This document shows positions 17,805-26,735 of a stretch of 31,467 nt of DNA, in pieces (the stretch's first letter is position 1; each line of letters starts with the position of its first letter). A model generated the notes under the pieces. That model made no database searches, had not been told where the DNA came from, and was given only the letters and a program-made list of their open reading frames with translations. The stretch is from positions 1-31,467 of IMG/VR virus record IMGVR_UViG_3300032332_000622; one strand, 5' to 3'. The translations under genes and the position numbers were made by a program. Origin of the DNA: a virus (lineage: Duplodnaviria; Caudoviricetes).

Positions 17805-18932
17805 ATGGCTACCAACGGCAATGTAAATGGTGGAAATAACTCTGGGTGGAACTTTTTTAATCCGCCCAGGTTTCTGGTCGTCAGCAGTGGCAATTATTCG
17901 GTTGCTGGCAATTCAGCAACTTTAGTCAAGGCGGCGGCCACCAGGGAGATACAGGCAGGTGCCGGCGTTTATGCGGTTAATGGCAAATCAGTCACCTTTG
18001 CCAAGCCAAAAAAAGTTTTATATGCTGGCAGCGGCATTTATGCGCTTTCCGGTCAAGACGCATCATTCGGTTTTCCAAATAGGATTCTTCGCGCCTCTAG
18101 CGGTTTTTATTCAGTCGCTGGGCAAAATGTCGTATTTTTCAGTTCTTCGGACAAGACTCACAACATTGATAGCGGTAACAATTCGGGCTGGATTTTTAGT
18201 ATTGCCCCACGAATTCTTTATGCTGGAAGCGGCAATTATTCGGTCAGCGGCAAATCGGCCACCATTGTCAAGGCTGCAAATAAACTGTTGATAGCTGAGA
18301 AAGGCGAGTACGTTCTTGCTGGAAACTCGGCCACCATAAATTTTGCAGGAAATTTCTCTCTTTCTGGCCCAACTCTCCGCTACGCCGACTTCTTCCGGCT
18401 GACCACCAGCAATGGGGTTTATCTGTTCTCTACGGCTCCGTTTGCCATTACCGTGCCCTCGGTATCGACCGACCCATTTACGGCGCTTGGGCAGCTTATA
18501 AAGGTCGGCGGGGCACAACGTGACATCAAGAGCACCGCCAACGAGACCACCATTACGCTGGTGGGCATTGATACGGCCATGCTTGGGCTTGTCCTGTCCG
18601 AGAAAATCAAAGGCTCCAAAATAGAACTTTGGCATGGGTTCTTCAATTCTCAGAATCAACTGGTTACGGCCAGCGGCACTGGCCTCTATAAATATTTCTC
18701 GGGCTATGTCAACACGTTCTCGATTTCAGAAGAGTGGATGGAAGAAGCGCGATCTTTTGCCGGCGCCATCACAATCAGCGCCAGCAGCTTCCAACTGATC
18801 TTGCAGAATCGAAACTCGGGTCGGTACACCAATGATGCCGCCTGGAAAGCGGTCAACTCTACCGACACGTCGATGAACCGGGTGAATTTCATCTCGACCA
18901 TCAACTACGCCTTCGGAAAGACCTCGACATGA
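17805..18932 (+). CDS. Putative tail tip hub (gpL-like) with N-terminal repeat domain
   Basis: N-terminal ~23-aa repeats; C-terminal ~185 aa (LG.L..VG...., I.L.GID, G..I.L..GFF, F.G.V) resembles tail hub proteins; synteny. Confidence 0.6.
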   Translation: MATNGNVNGGNNSGWNFFNPPRFLVVSSGNYSVAGNSATLVKAAATREIQAGAGVYAVNGKSVTFAKPKKVLYAGSGIYALSGQDASFGFPNRILRASSGFYSVAGQNVVFFSSSDKTHNIDSGNNSGWIFSIAPRILYAGSGNYSVSGKSATIVKAANKLLIAEKGEYVLAGNSATINFAGNFSLSGPTLRYADFFRLTTSNGVYLFSTAPFAITVPSVSTDPFTALGQLIKVGGAQRDIKSTANETTITLVGIDTAMLGLVLSEKIKGSKIELWHGFFNSQNQLVTASGTGLYKYFSGYVNTFSISEEWMEEARSFAGAITISASSFQLILQNRNSGRYTNDAAWKAVNSTDTSMNRVNFISTINYAFGKTST

Positions 18933-19372
18933 TCCGGGACGCCAATCAGTTTGATGTGCCGGCAATCCTGGACATGCTGCGGCAATATCGGAATCAAACC
19001 CCATTGGCATTTTTGAGCGAAGCAGATGACGCCGATTACATTGCTGGCGTCTTGGCGGAGATAATGGCGGGGCGCGGCCTTCTGCTTGTGTCGGAAACTG
19101 ATAAAATCAACGGCATGTTGATGGCAGGCATCAGCCCGAGCGCATGGAGCCCACGGCACCTGGTCATGACGGAGATGGCCTATTGGGTCAACCCGGAGGC
19201 GCGAGGCGGCACAGCGGCTTACAGGCTCTTGAAAGAATACGTCACGCGCGGAGCAGAGCTTAAAAAGCAAGGACGCATTGCTGCGTTCTTTGTCAGCAAG
19301 ATGGCCAATAGCCCAGACCTGAAATATGGCAGGTTTGGTTTCACGAAACTAGAAGAATTCTGGGTTATATAA
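18929..19372 (+). CDS. GNAT-fold acetyltransferase-like protein
   Basis: MIR.A...D...I start, WV.PEARGG (acetyl-CoA motif A-like), Y.R.GF near the end. Confidence 0.7.
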   Translation: MIRDANQFDVPAILDMLRQYRNQTPLAFLSEADDADYIAGVLAEIMAGRGLLLVSETDKINGMLMAGISPSAWSPRHLVMTEMAYWVNPEARGGTAAYRLLKEYVTRGAELKKQGRIAAFFVSKMANSPDLKYGRFGFTKLEEFWVI

Positions 19373-22300
19373 ATGCCAGCGTCAATCATTCTCGGGGCAA
19401 TATTTGAGGGCGGCATGATTGCTGCTGCGGCCGCATTGGGCGCAACAGGATTGGCAGTTGCTTCATTTGCCATCAACATCGTGGCCTCAATGATTGTGAG
19501 CAAAGCATTTGCGCCCAACATCGACAACGCCAACATCAATTCAGCCAACCCAGGCAATCGAGTCCAGTTGCCCCCAGCCGGCTCTAACAAAGTGCCAGTG
19601 ATTTACGGCAGCGCCTATGTCGGCGGCATGGTTACGGACCTGAGCATCACAAGCAACAATCAGCAGCTTTACTATGTGCTGACGCTGGCAGAAGTCACCA
19701 ACACCGAAACCGGCGGCACGCCCGACACCATCACATTTGGCAAGGTGTACTTTGGCGGCAAGCTGTGCATTTTTGACTCGACTGATCTGACAAAGGTTAC
19801 GGGATTAAAAGACGAATCAACTGGCCTGATCGACTCCACGGTCAATGGCAATTTGTTTATTTATTTGTATCGCAACGGATCGGCTGCATCGTCAGGCTCC
19901 AACACCTCAAGATCAGCAATTGAGGTAATGCAAGATGTCAATCTCACTTACCAGTGGGATAACACAAAGCTGATGAGCAATTGCGCCTTTGCGATTGTGA
20001 AGATTTCCTACAATCAAAATGCCAATCTGACCGGCATCCAGCAAACCAGCTTTCAGATCACCAACTCACGCTCTGCTCCTGGCGACTGCTTTTACGATTA
20101 CTTGTCTTCCACGCGCTATGGCGCAGCAATTCCAACCAGCAACATTGATTCATTTAGCCTGAGCGCACTTAACGACTATTGTGCTCAGGCATTTTATTTT
20201 AACGGTGGCGCATATTCTCAAGCGAGATTTAAGTTTGATGGGGCTTTGGATACCAACCAGACCATCATGAACAACATGCAATTGATGGCCAGTTGCTGCG
20301 ATTGCTTGATTCGATATAACGAGATAACCGGCTTATGGGGTGTGGTCGTGCAGTCACCGACATACACCGTTGCGCTGGCGCTGAATGACTCCAACATCAT
20401 CTCGGCTTTTCAGATCACGCCAACAGACATTGCAAGCTCATTTAACATTGCCGAGGTCAAATACCCTGATGGCTCGGATCGAGATGCGTTCTCCACTGCC
20501 ACATTTAACCTGGCGGTCATCAATCCATCCCTGATGTATCCCAACGAGCCGACCAACAAGCAATCAATTGCTTTGCCGCTGGTCAACAATGGTGTTCGCG
20601 CTCAATACCTGGCCAATCGCTTTTTGAAATCTGGTCGAGAAGACTTGATTATCAAGTTCACCATCAACTATGTCGGCCTCACATTGCAGGCCGGCGACAT
20701 CGTGACCATCACCAATACAAATTACGGGTGGTCTTCCAAGTTATTCCGCATCAATCAGGTGGTCGAAAACTTTGGCGACGATGGCACGATCAGCGTATCG
20801 CTGACTGTTCTGGAATTCAATCCCACGGTGTATGACGACATCGACATCACGCAGTTTGTCACGGCGCCAAACAGCGGCATAGGCTCGCCATTAGCGTTTG
20901 GCACCCTGAGCCCTCCCAGCATCACCGGATCGCAGCCTGGAGCCGCTACGCCATCTTTCCTGATGGCCGTGACGGCATCGTCTTCTGGGACCATTCAATA
21001 CGCGGAGTTGTATTACTCGGCATACGCCAGTCCAACCCAAGATCAATTGATTTTTGCCGGAACAACAGCAATTAACCCCAACGGAAGCCCATATGTGCCT
21101 GGCTTGTCAATGGGCACCGTGGCCGTGACCGGACTGCAAACAGGTGACTGGTATTTCTTTGTCCGCATGGTCAACAGCCTGGGCAAAAGCGCCTTCTCTG
21201 CTGCATCAGCTATAGTTCAATGGCGCCCGACGACTTTTCAATATGTCGAGCGTTGGATTGCAGTCGCGTATGCCGATAATGCTACGGGCACCTCGGGTTT
21301 TAGCTATTCGCCGCGCAACAAAGCCTATTACGGGGTATTCAACAACACCGTTGCCAACGGCGGCACAAACCCTGCGCTTTATACTTGGTACGCCACCCCA
21401 TCAGGTTTTGGCTCTAGCAATTATTTGCTGTATGCCAACCGAACAAATCGCAAATTTAGTTTTAATGTTGGCACCGCTGGTTATTTTAATTTGGGCGGAG
21501 CTTTTGTTCCTGACAACGCATCTCTTTACGATGCAAACTTGTGGTCGGCGGCCAAAGACCCGCAAACAGGGCTTCAAACCTTTATTGACCTGGATGCAAG
21601 AACCGGCCAAACCATTGTTTCTGGCGGCACCGGAAACAATTTGAATGATGGTTTTTTAGCTGTCACAAATAATGTTGACGGAACAATGAAAGTCAATTTG
21701 CACGACTTTCTGAATTTTGGCGCTGGTGTTTATACCAAAAATTTTGCAGCCGCTACATTGACTATTGACATTTATGGTCGAGTTGTGGGCTTTACAGAAG
21801 AAGACAATTTCTACTATACCGAAACCGTGTTTTCGGCAACTGATGGGCAAACATCGTTTAGCTTGACACATACAGTTGGTTGGGTTTTGGTGTTCCGCAA
21901 TGGCGTGTTGCTAAACCTTTCAGAGTACAGCGAAACTAGCACCACCATTGTGTTCACCGATGCTTGTGCAGCCGGAGAAACTGTAGTCATAATTTACATG
22001 CGAGGCGTTAGCACCAGCGAATATTATGAGCCGCTGAATATCACCATTGCTTCCAGCAGCGCAAGCTCGATTGTCTATAACAGCGCACCTTGGAACTCTG
22101 TGCTGCCTGGCGATAAATTGAGCTTTGTCAACACCGGCTCACCAACGCTTTACACGGTCAGCACAATCAACACGACCACCAAGACTATTACCTTCACAAC
22201 CACGATTGCAGGCGCCACAGCCGGCAACACGGTATATCGTTATCGAACGGCTGGTTCTAGCTATTCGCCCTTTACCCGCTACGACCAAGACGTTACCGCG

Positions 22301-22711
22301 ATCACCACTTTCTCGCCCACAGACTATACGCTGCACAATGGGTTTGAAATGATTTACGTCAATGGCTCGCAGATCAGTGAAATTGATTACAACTTGGCCA
22401 ACAATGTGCTTGATGGATTTCCGGCTTCTGTTACTGGAAAGCTTTCTATCATAATGTTTAGCCCAAACAATTTGGCTGTTCCAGCAAGCAACATTGCCAA
22501 CACTCCGGCTTATTCTGTTGCAGGTCAAGTTCTTTATCTTTTTGCAAGCAATCCACTTTCAATGGAAGTGTATGCAAATGGCGTGCTGCTGACAAAGGGT
22601 TCGGGGTATGATTACACGGCCAGCGCAAGCGGATTTACGTTAGCCACTGCCTACAGCGCAAACTCCATTCTTTTCAATCAGCAAACTTTTGCACGCATAG
22701 GGGCAGCTTAA
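19373..22711 (+). CDS. Central tail tip / host-specificity protein (gpJ-like)
   Basis: 1112 aa; VPVIYG, DYL...RYGA.I, L..GDIV.IT....GW..K.FRI, FN3-like 'VTGL..G.WYF.VR.VN..G.S.FS'. Confidence 0.85.
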   Translation: MPASIILGAIFEGGMIAAAAALGATGLAVASFAINIVASMIVSKAFAPNIDNANINSANPGNRVQLPPAGSNKVPVIYGSAYVGGMVTDLSITSNNQQLYYVLTLAEVTNTETGGTPDTITFGKVYFGGKLCIFDSTDLTKVTGLKDESTGLIDSTVNGNLFIYLYRNGSAASSGSNTSRSAIEVMQDVNLTYQWDNTKLMSNCAFAIVKISYNQNANLTGIQQTSFQITNSRSAPGDCFYDYLSSTRYGAAIPTSNIDSFSLSALNDYCAQAFYFNGGAYSQARFKFDGALDTNQTIMNNMQLMASCCDCLIRYNEITGLWGVVVQSPTYTVALALNDSNIISAFQITPTDIASSFNIAEVKYPDGSDRDAFSTATFNLAVINPSLMYPNEPTNKQSIALPLVNNGVRAQYLANRFLKSGREDLIIKFTINYVGLTLQAGDIVTITNTNYGWSSKLFRINQVVENFGDDGTISVSLTVLEFNPTVYDDIDITQFVTAPNSGIGSPLAFGTLSPPSITGSQPGAATPSFLMAVTASSSGTIQYAELYYSAYASPTQDQLIFAGTTAINPNGSPYVPGLSMGTVAVTGLQTGDWYFFVRMVNSLGKSAFSAASAIVQWRPTTFQYVERWIAVAYADNATGTSGFSYSPRNKAYYGVFNNTVANGGTNPALYTWYATPSGFGSSNYLLYANRTNRKFSFNVGTAGYFNLGGAFVPDNASLYDANLWSAAKDPQTGLQTFIDLDARTGQTIVSGGTGNNLNDGFLAVTNNVDGTMKVNLHDFLNFGAGVYTKNFAAATLTIDIYGRVVGFTEEDNFYYTETVFSATDGQTSFSLTHTVGWVLVFRNGVLLNLSEYSETSTTIVFTDACAAGETVVIIYMRGVSTSEYYEPLNITIASSSASSIVYNSAPWNSVLPGDKLSFVNTGSPTLYTVSTINTTTKTITFTTTIAGATAGNTVYRYRTAGSSYSPFTRYDQDVTAITTFSPTDYTLHNGFEMIYVNGSQISEIDYNLANNVLDGFPASVTGKLSIIMFSPNNLAVPASNIANTPAYSVAGQVLYLFASNPLSMEVYANGVLLTKGSGYDYTASASGFTLATAYSANSILFNQQTFARIGAA

Positions 22712-23311
22712 ATGACACAGGCATACAACCTTTCGCAACTCGCCAACAATCTCGATACATCAGGGCGTCTGGACGCCACGGATGGGCTGGTCAATGCCGT
22801 GCCGGTAGCCAATGGCGGCACAGGCGCGTCCACCGCCATTACCGCCAGGGCAAACTTGGACGTGGCTCAAGCCGTGTATTCCGTTCCCTCTGGCGGCATT
22901 ATTATGTGGTCGGGCAGCGTGGCCACCATCCCGACAGGCTGGTTTCTTTGCAACGGAGCCAACGGCACGCCCAACTTGACCAATCGCTTTGTGATTGGCG
23001 CCGGATCGTCTTATGGTGTAGCGGCGACAGGCGGTTCTGCCGATGCCATTGTTGTTTCGCACTCGCACACGACAACGCTGACCGATCCGGGACACTCGCA
23101 CGGCCCAAGTGGCGGCGGTGCATTTGTAATCAACAACAATGGCGGAGGAAATACTGCTGGCGGTAGCGGTTTTCTTACTAATGCCGGGACATCTGGAGGC
23201 ACAGCATCTGCCACAACTGGAATGAGCGTATCTAGTGCAGCAGCAGGCGCAAGCGGAACCAATGCGAATTTGCCGCCGTACTACGCGCTGGCATTTATAA
23301 TGAAGTCCTAA
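22712..23311 (+). CDS. Tail collar-domain fibre protein
   Basis: VPSGGIIMWSG....IP.GW.LCNG.NGTPNL..RFVIGAG, HSH repeats, NLPPYYALAFIMK. Confidence 0.85.
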   Translation: MTQAYNLSQLANNLDTSGRLDATDGLVNAVPVANGGTGASTAITARANLDVAQAVYSVPSGGIIMWSGSVATIPTGWFLCNGANGTPNLTNRFVIGAGSSYGVAATGGSADAIVVSHSHTTTLTDPGHSHGPSGGGAFVINNNGGGNTAGGSGFLTNAGTSGGTASATTGMSVSSAAAGASGTNANLPPYYALAFIMKS

Positions 23312-23321
23312 TTTGGAGCCT

Positions 23322-23579
23322 ATGATGACCGACGACGATTTTAAACGGCTGGAAAGCAAGGTTGACAAACTAACAGACGCCGTTGGCAAGCTGATCTTGT
23401 TTGAGGAGCGCCAAGCAACGCAGGGCGAACGCATTGGAGCCGTGGAAATAAAGGTGGCCGCGTATGAAGCCACTTTGCAACGGGTGGATCGCAAGGTCGA
23501 TCAGTGGGTCAACCGGGGGATCGGCGTCTGGGCTGCGGCTGCGCTGGTGTTCTCCCTTGTTCAGTTCTGGCGCAAATGA
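23322..23579 (+). CDS. Coiled-coil protein with C-terminal TM helix (putative holin/antiholin, XhlA-like)
   Basis: GGAG RBS at 23315-23318, ATGs at 23322 and 23325; hydrophobic C-terminus GIGVWAAAALVFSLVQFW. Confidence 0.6.
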   Translation: MMTDDDFKRLESKVDKLTDAVGKLILFEERQATQGERIGAVEIKVAAYEATLQRVDRKVDQWVNRGIGVWAAAALVFSLVQFWRK

Positions 23580-24040
23580 TTACCTCCATTCTGTCTTTTT
23601 TGGGCGGCTCCGTTTTTCGGATGCTATGGGGTGAAATTAGCTCCTGGCTCACCAAGGCGCAAGACCACAAGCATGAACTGGATCGGATGAATCTCCAGGC
23701 AGAACTGGATCGAGGCCAACATGAGCGGCAACTTGAATCGCTTAAGGTGCAAGCGGCCCTGGGCGTCAAAACGATCCAGGTGCAGGCAGAGGCCGCAATC
23801 AGCGAACTGGAGACTCAAGGCTGGCTGGAGGCGGTCAAAGGCACCACCAAGGCCATTGGCATTGCTTGGGTCGATGCCTGGAACGCAGTCATCCGTCCTG
23901 GCGTGGCGACATGGGCCATCATCATGATAACGCTGGGTGAATTTGGCGTTATGGTGCTCAGTGAAGACACCCTGGCCGTGACCGGGGCCGCATTAGGCAT
24001 CTACCTGGCCGATAGAAGCCTCATGAAGCGCGGGAAGTGA
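23576..24040 (+). CDS. Putative holin
   Basis: ATGA-coupled start MITSILSFLGG; D.KHEL coiled coil, VIRP.V then two hydrophobic segments; precedes endolysin. Confidence 0.65.
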   Translation: MITSILSFLGGSVFRMLWGEISSWLTKAQDHKHELDRMNLQAELDRGQHERQLESLKVQAALGVKTIQVQAEAAISELETQGWLEAVKGTTKAIGIAWVDAWNAVIRPGVATWAIIMITLGEFGVMVLSEDTLAVTGAALGIYLADRSLMKRGK

Positions 24041-24483
24041 TTGAGCAAGCCCTACCCATTACCCTGGCCCTGATTCGCCGTTTTGAGGGCTTCTATGCCC
24101 GTCCATACCTGTGTCCGGCCGGAGTGCCGACCATTGGGTACGGCAACACCTACTATGAAGACGGTCGCCCGGTGACTTTGACCGATCCAGCAATTACGAA
24201 GGACCAGGCCGAAGGTTTGCTTTTGTGGATGGTGGCCCATGTCTATCTGCCCCAGGTCATCAAGCTGTGCCCTGGCGTCAATGATCCGGCTCGCCTGGCG
24301 GCGGTGATCGACTTTGCTTACAACCTGGGCGGCACGGCGCTCAAGAACAGCACCTTGCGGCGCAAAATCAATGCTGGCGATTGGGGGATGGTGCCGGCCG
24401 AGTTCATGAAATGGAACAAGGCCGGCGGCCGGGTGTTGCGTGGCTTGACGCTCCGGCGTGAAGCAGAGGTCAGTCTGTTATAG
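24037..24483 (+). CDS. Endolysin, GH24 lysozyme
   Basis: FEG...PY.CPAGVPTIGYG (E17-C26-T32 triad), F.YNLG, STL.RKIN, W.KAGG.VL.GL..RR.AE. Confidence 0.95.
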   Translation: MIEQALPITLALIRRFEGFYARPYLCPAGVPTIGYGNTYYEDGRPVTLTDPAITKDQAEGLLLWMVAHVYLPQVIKLCPGVNDPARLAAVIDFAYNLGGTALKNSTLRRKINAGDWGMVPAEFMKWNKAGGRVLRGLTLRREAEVSLL

Positions 24484-24718
24484 GGTGTTCCGGGGGCGTC
24501 TGCAACTCGATCAGCTTGTCCAGGTAATGCCTGGCCTTGCGCAGATCATCCACGCCGCCCTTTTCTTTCCAGCGGCTGACGTACTTGACGATGTTGCCTT
24601 CAAAGTAACCAATGTCGTTGGCCGCGATGTAGTCCCACGGCTGGATCGCCTTGGACTTGTAGTGGCTGCCGGCCACTTGAATTTCATTGGCGCTCACTTT
24701 GGGTCTGCTTGGGTTCAT
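24470..24718 (-). CDS. DUF3310-family protein (T7 gp1.7/SaV-like)
   Basis: G.HY...IQP.DYI....GN.VKY..R...K.G..DL.KA.HYL..LI; start ATG 24718 or GTG 24697. Confidence 0.85.
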   Translation of the reverse strand: MNPSRPKVSANEIQVAGSHYKSKAIQPWDYIAANDIGYFEGNIVKYVSRWKEKGGVDDLRKARHYLDKLIELQTPPEHPITD

Positions 24719-24848
24719 GTTTTGTTTTCTCAATTTGTTCGCGCATCCACTTGGGTCCACCGAGTTGCAAAAGCCGGATGCGTTGGCTCTGCGTCAGTTT
24801 AATCGAATACACCACCGACAGTGGTTCAGCAGGTTGTTTGTTTGTCAT
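24684..24848 (-). CDS. 54-aa putative ribbon-helix-helix DNA-binding protein (not in ORF track)
   Basis: Own translation: MTNKQPAEPLSVVYSIKLTQSQRIRLLQLGGPKWMREQIEKTKHEPKQTQSERQ; strand-helix-helix pattern; no strong RBS. Confidence 0.55.
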   Translation of the reverse strand: MTNKQPAEPLSVVYSIKLTQSQRIRLLQLGGPKWMREQIEKTKHEPKQTQSERQ

Positions 24849-24906
24849 AAAGTTGCTTTATCATGTTTATGCAGCATGTCGCTGCGTTTAATTTCGTGAG
24901 GCCAAT

Positions 24907-25089
24907 ATGCAAATCAATGTCAATACCGATTACGTCAACATCTCCATTTCGTCCGAGTACGAACTGAACCTGACCCATCTGCAAGATTTTCTGGAGTCGC
25001 TGATGTCCGACTACGAAGAAATCCTTGACGATGAAGTCGAGGGCGAGGACGAAGGCGAAGGCTTTGAAGAAGAAGAAGCCGCCGTTTAA
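24907..25089 (+). CDS. 60-aa highly acidic protein
   Basis: GAGG RBS at 24898-24901; 20 D/E and no K/R; occupies an otherwise empty gap. Confidence 0.7.
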   Translation: MQINVNTDYVNISISSEYELNLTHLQDFLESLMSDYEEILDDEVEGEDEGEGFEEEEAAV

Positions 25090-26252
25090 TTCGCAATCAT
25101 CTCCGGCGTCACCGTATTCCGGGCGATCTGCCCATGCACCGAGGAATAAGTGATGCTGGTGATCTGGCGGTCTGAAATCCAGCCGTGCCGGGAAGCGTAA
25201 GCATCCCGTGCGGCCAGGGTTGGATGCTGAATGACAGTCATGCCGTTGTGCTCTTTCTCTTCAACGTGGTGCCGGTGCCCAACGTGGCAATATCGTTTTT
25301 TGGTCAAGCCCCAGACCTCAGGATATTGGGCAGCAAATAGCAGCGGCAACGTGTCGATTTTTTTCAGGTGCCCGTGATGCCAGGCCAGCATGGTTGCGCC
25401 ATGCCGGTAGGTGTAGTAAGGCAAGTCCGAGTCGATCATTTGCACGCGAGGCTCGTTTTCGTACAGCGCCTTGAACATGTAGCGCAGCCAGACGCTGCTG
25501 GTCATGTCGTGGTTGCCTTCGGCCATCAAGACGATCACCTTTTCGTGCTTGTGCAGCGCCATGTCAATGACCTTGCGCAAGATCAAAATCGCCACCTTGA
25601 CCATTTTGGAGAAGCGGCCGTCAGCGTCCAAGACGTGATGGCTGGTGGGCGTGACGGGGCTCAACGAATCGTAGTGCAAGAAATCGCCAAGCTGCGCGAC
25701 TACGCAAGTTGCGGCGTCCGGACTGGCCCTGACCAGGCGCTCAAAGCACTCCACCAGCGTCTTTTCCGCAATCTTCAAGTCCCAATCGGCGCCACCTTCT
25801 TTGTGCCAGGCCAGCATCCCGACGTGGCTGTCCGTCAGCGTGTAGACATTGCACAGATCGGTGTTGAGCGGGGCAAGGTTGGATAGCACCAAGCTCGGCA
25901 GCCGGGGCAGTTCAGCGCCCATCGCTTCCATCGCGGCCCGGCGGAACTCTTCTTGTAGTTCATCGTCGATCTTGGATTTGACCCATTGGCCGGTGGGTTT
26001 GCCTTCCTTGTTGTAGTAGGTGCTGACTCCCTTGACCTGGAAGCCCTCCGGGACAGTACGGGTCATGTCGTGAGCCGGGCTAAAACCTTTCTTGGCGGCC
26101 TTCAACTCAATGCTTTTGATTGCTCGTTGCAACGTTCGCAGATTGATGCCCAACGCCACGGCGGCTTTGTTGTGACTTCCATGTTCAAGATAGGCCGTCA
26201 ACATTTCCTTTTGTCGATCTGTGTCGCAATAATCCAGCAGAGATGCGTCCAT
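25086..26252 (-). CDS. HTH + calcineurin-like metallophosphoesterase
   Basis: N-terminal HTH (S..KAA.ALGIN..TL); motifs TDSH.G, GDFLH, GNHD, HHGH, GHRHH. Confidence 0.85.
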   Translation of the reverse strand: MDASLLDYCDTDRQKEMLTAYLEHGSHNKAAVALGINLRTLQRAIKSIELKAAKKGFSPAHDMTRTVPEGFQVKGVSTYYNKEGKPTGQWVKSKIDDELQEEFRRAAMEAMGAELPRLPSLVLSNLAPLNTDLCNVYTLTDSHVGMLAWHKEGGADWDLKIAEKTLVECFERLVRASPDAATCVVAQLGDFLHYDSLSPVTPTSHHVLDADGRFSKMVKVAILILRKVIDMALHKHEKVIVLMAEGNHDMTSSVWLRYMFKALYENEPRVQMIDSDLPYYTYRHGATMLAWHHGHLKKIDTLPLLFAAQYPEVWGLTKKRYCHVGHRHHVEEKEHNGMTVIQHPTLAARDAYASRHGWISDRQITSITYSSVHGQIARNTVTPEMIAN

Positions 26253-26286
26253 ATTTGACCCTCAGAGTTGCGCAATGCTATACATT

Positions 26287-26475
26287 TTAAGTGACAGCAT
26301 CGTTACAGGGCGGAAAATCAAAGTAGGTGTGAATTTCCTCCCAGATCAATTTGTCGATTTCATGCGTCAACACATCAATGCCTGGATTGTCCGTATGCTT
26401 ATGTGCCCGGCGGATGCCCCTTGCAATGCCGGTTTCAATGCACTGCTCCAGAATGACTTTGATGTTTGGGGTCAT
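26287..26475 (-). CDS. Hypothetical 62-aa protein
   Basis: ATGA-coupled start MTPNIKVILEQCIETG...RAHKH. Confidence 0.65.
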   Translation of the reverse strand: MTPNIKVILEQCIETGIARGIRRAHKHTDNPGIDVLTHEIDKLIWEEIHTYFDFPPCNDAVT

Positions 26476-26735
26476 GGTCGTTTCTTGGGCAACGGCGCCC
26501 AATGCGTCCAGAACTGTGTCTCGCCTGGCCGGCGCTCGTAATGCCCAAGCGTGGCCACGCCTGACCGTCCCAGCAACAAGACCTTGACGCTGGTCGGCGT
26601 GTTCTCATCAATGGGCAGCCAGTAATAATCGATTGCCACCGCCGCTGCGCGGGTGCTGTCAATCCGGTATTTTTGCTCCCGCTCGATGCGCTCAAACTCC
26701 TCGCTCTCTGCGATCATGTCGTGTTGATCTACCAC
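26472..26735 (-). CDS. DUF551-like small protein
   Basis: W.PI...P....VLL......THWAPLP motif; GTG start with upstream GAGG (alternative ATG 26717). Confidence 0.7.
   Translation of the reverse strand: MVDQHDMIAESEEFERIEREQKYRIDSTRAAAVAIDYYWLPIDENTPTSVKVLLLGRSGVATLGHYERRPGETQFWTHWAPLPKKRP

Noticed and set aside
23322-23327. Lambda S-type dual-start holin motif (ATG ATG)
   Set aside because: No charged residue between the two Mets and no N-terminal TM helix, so the known mechanism does not apply.
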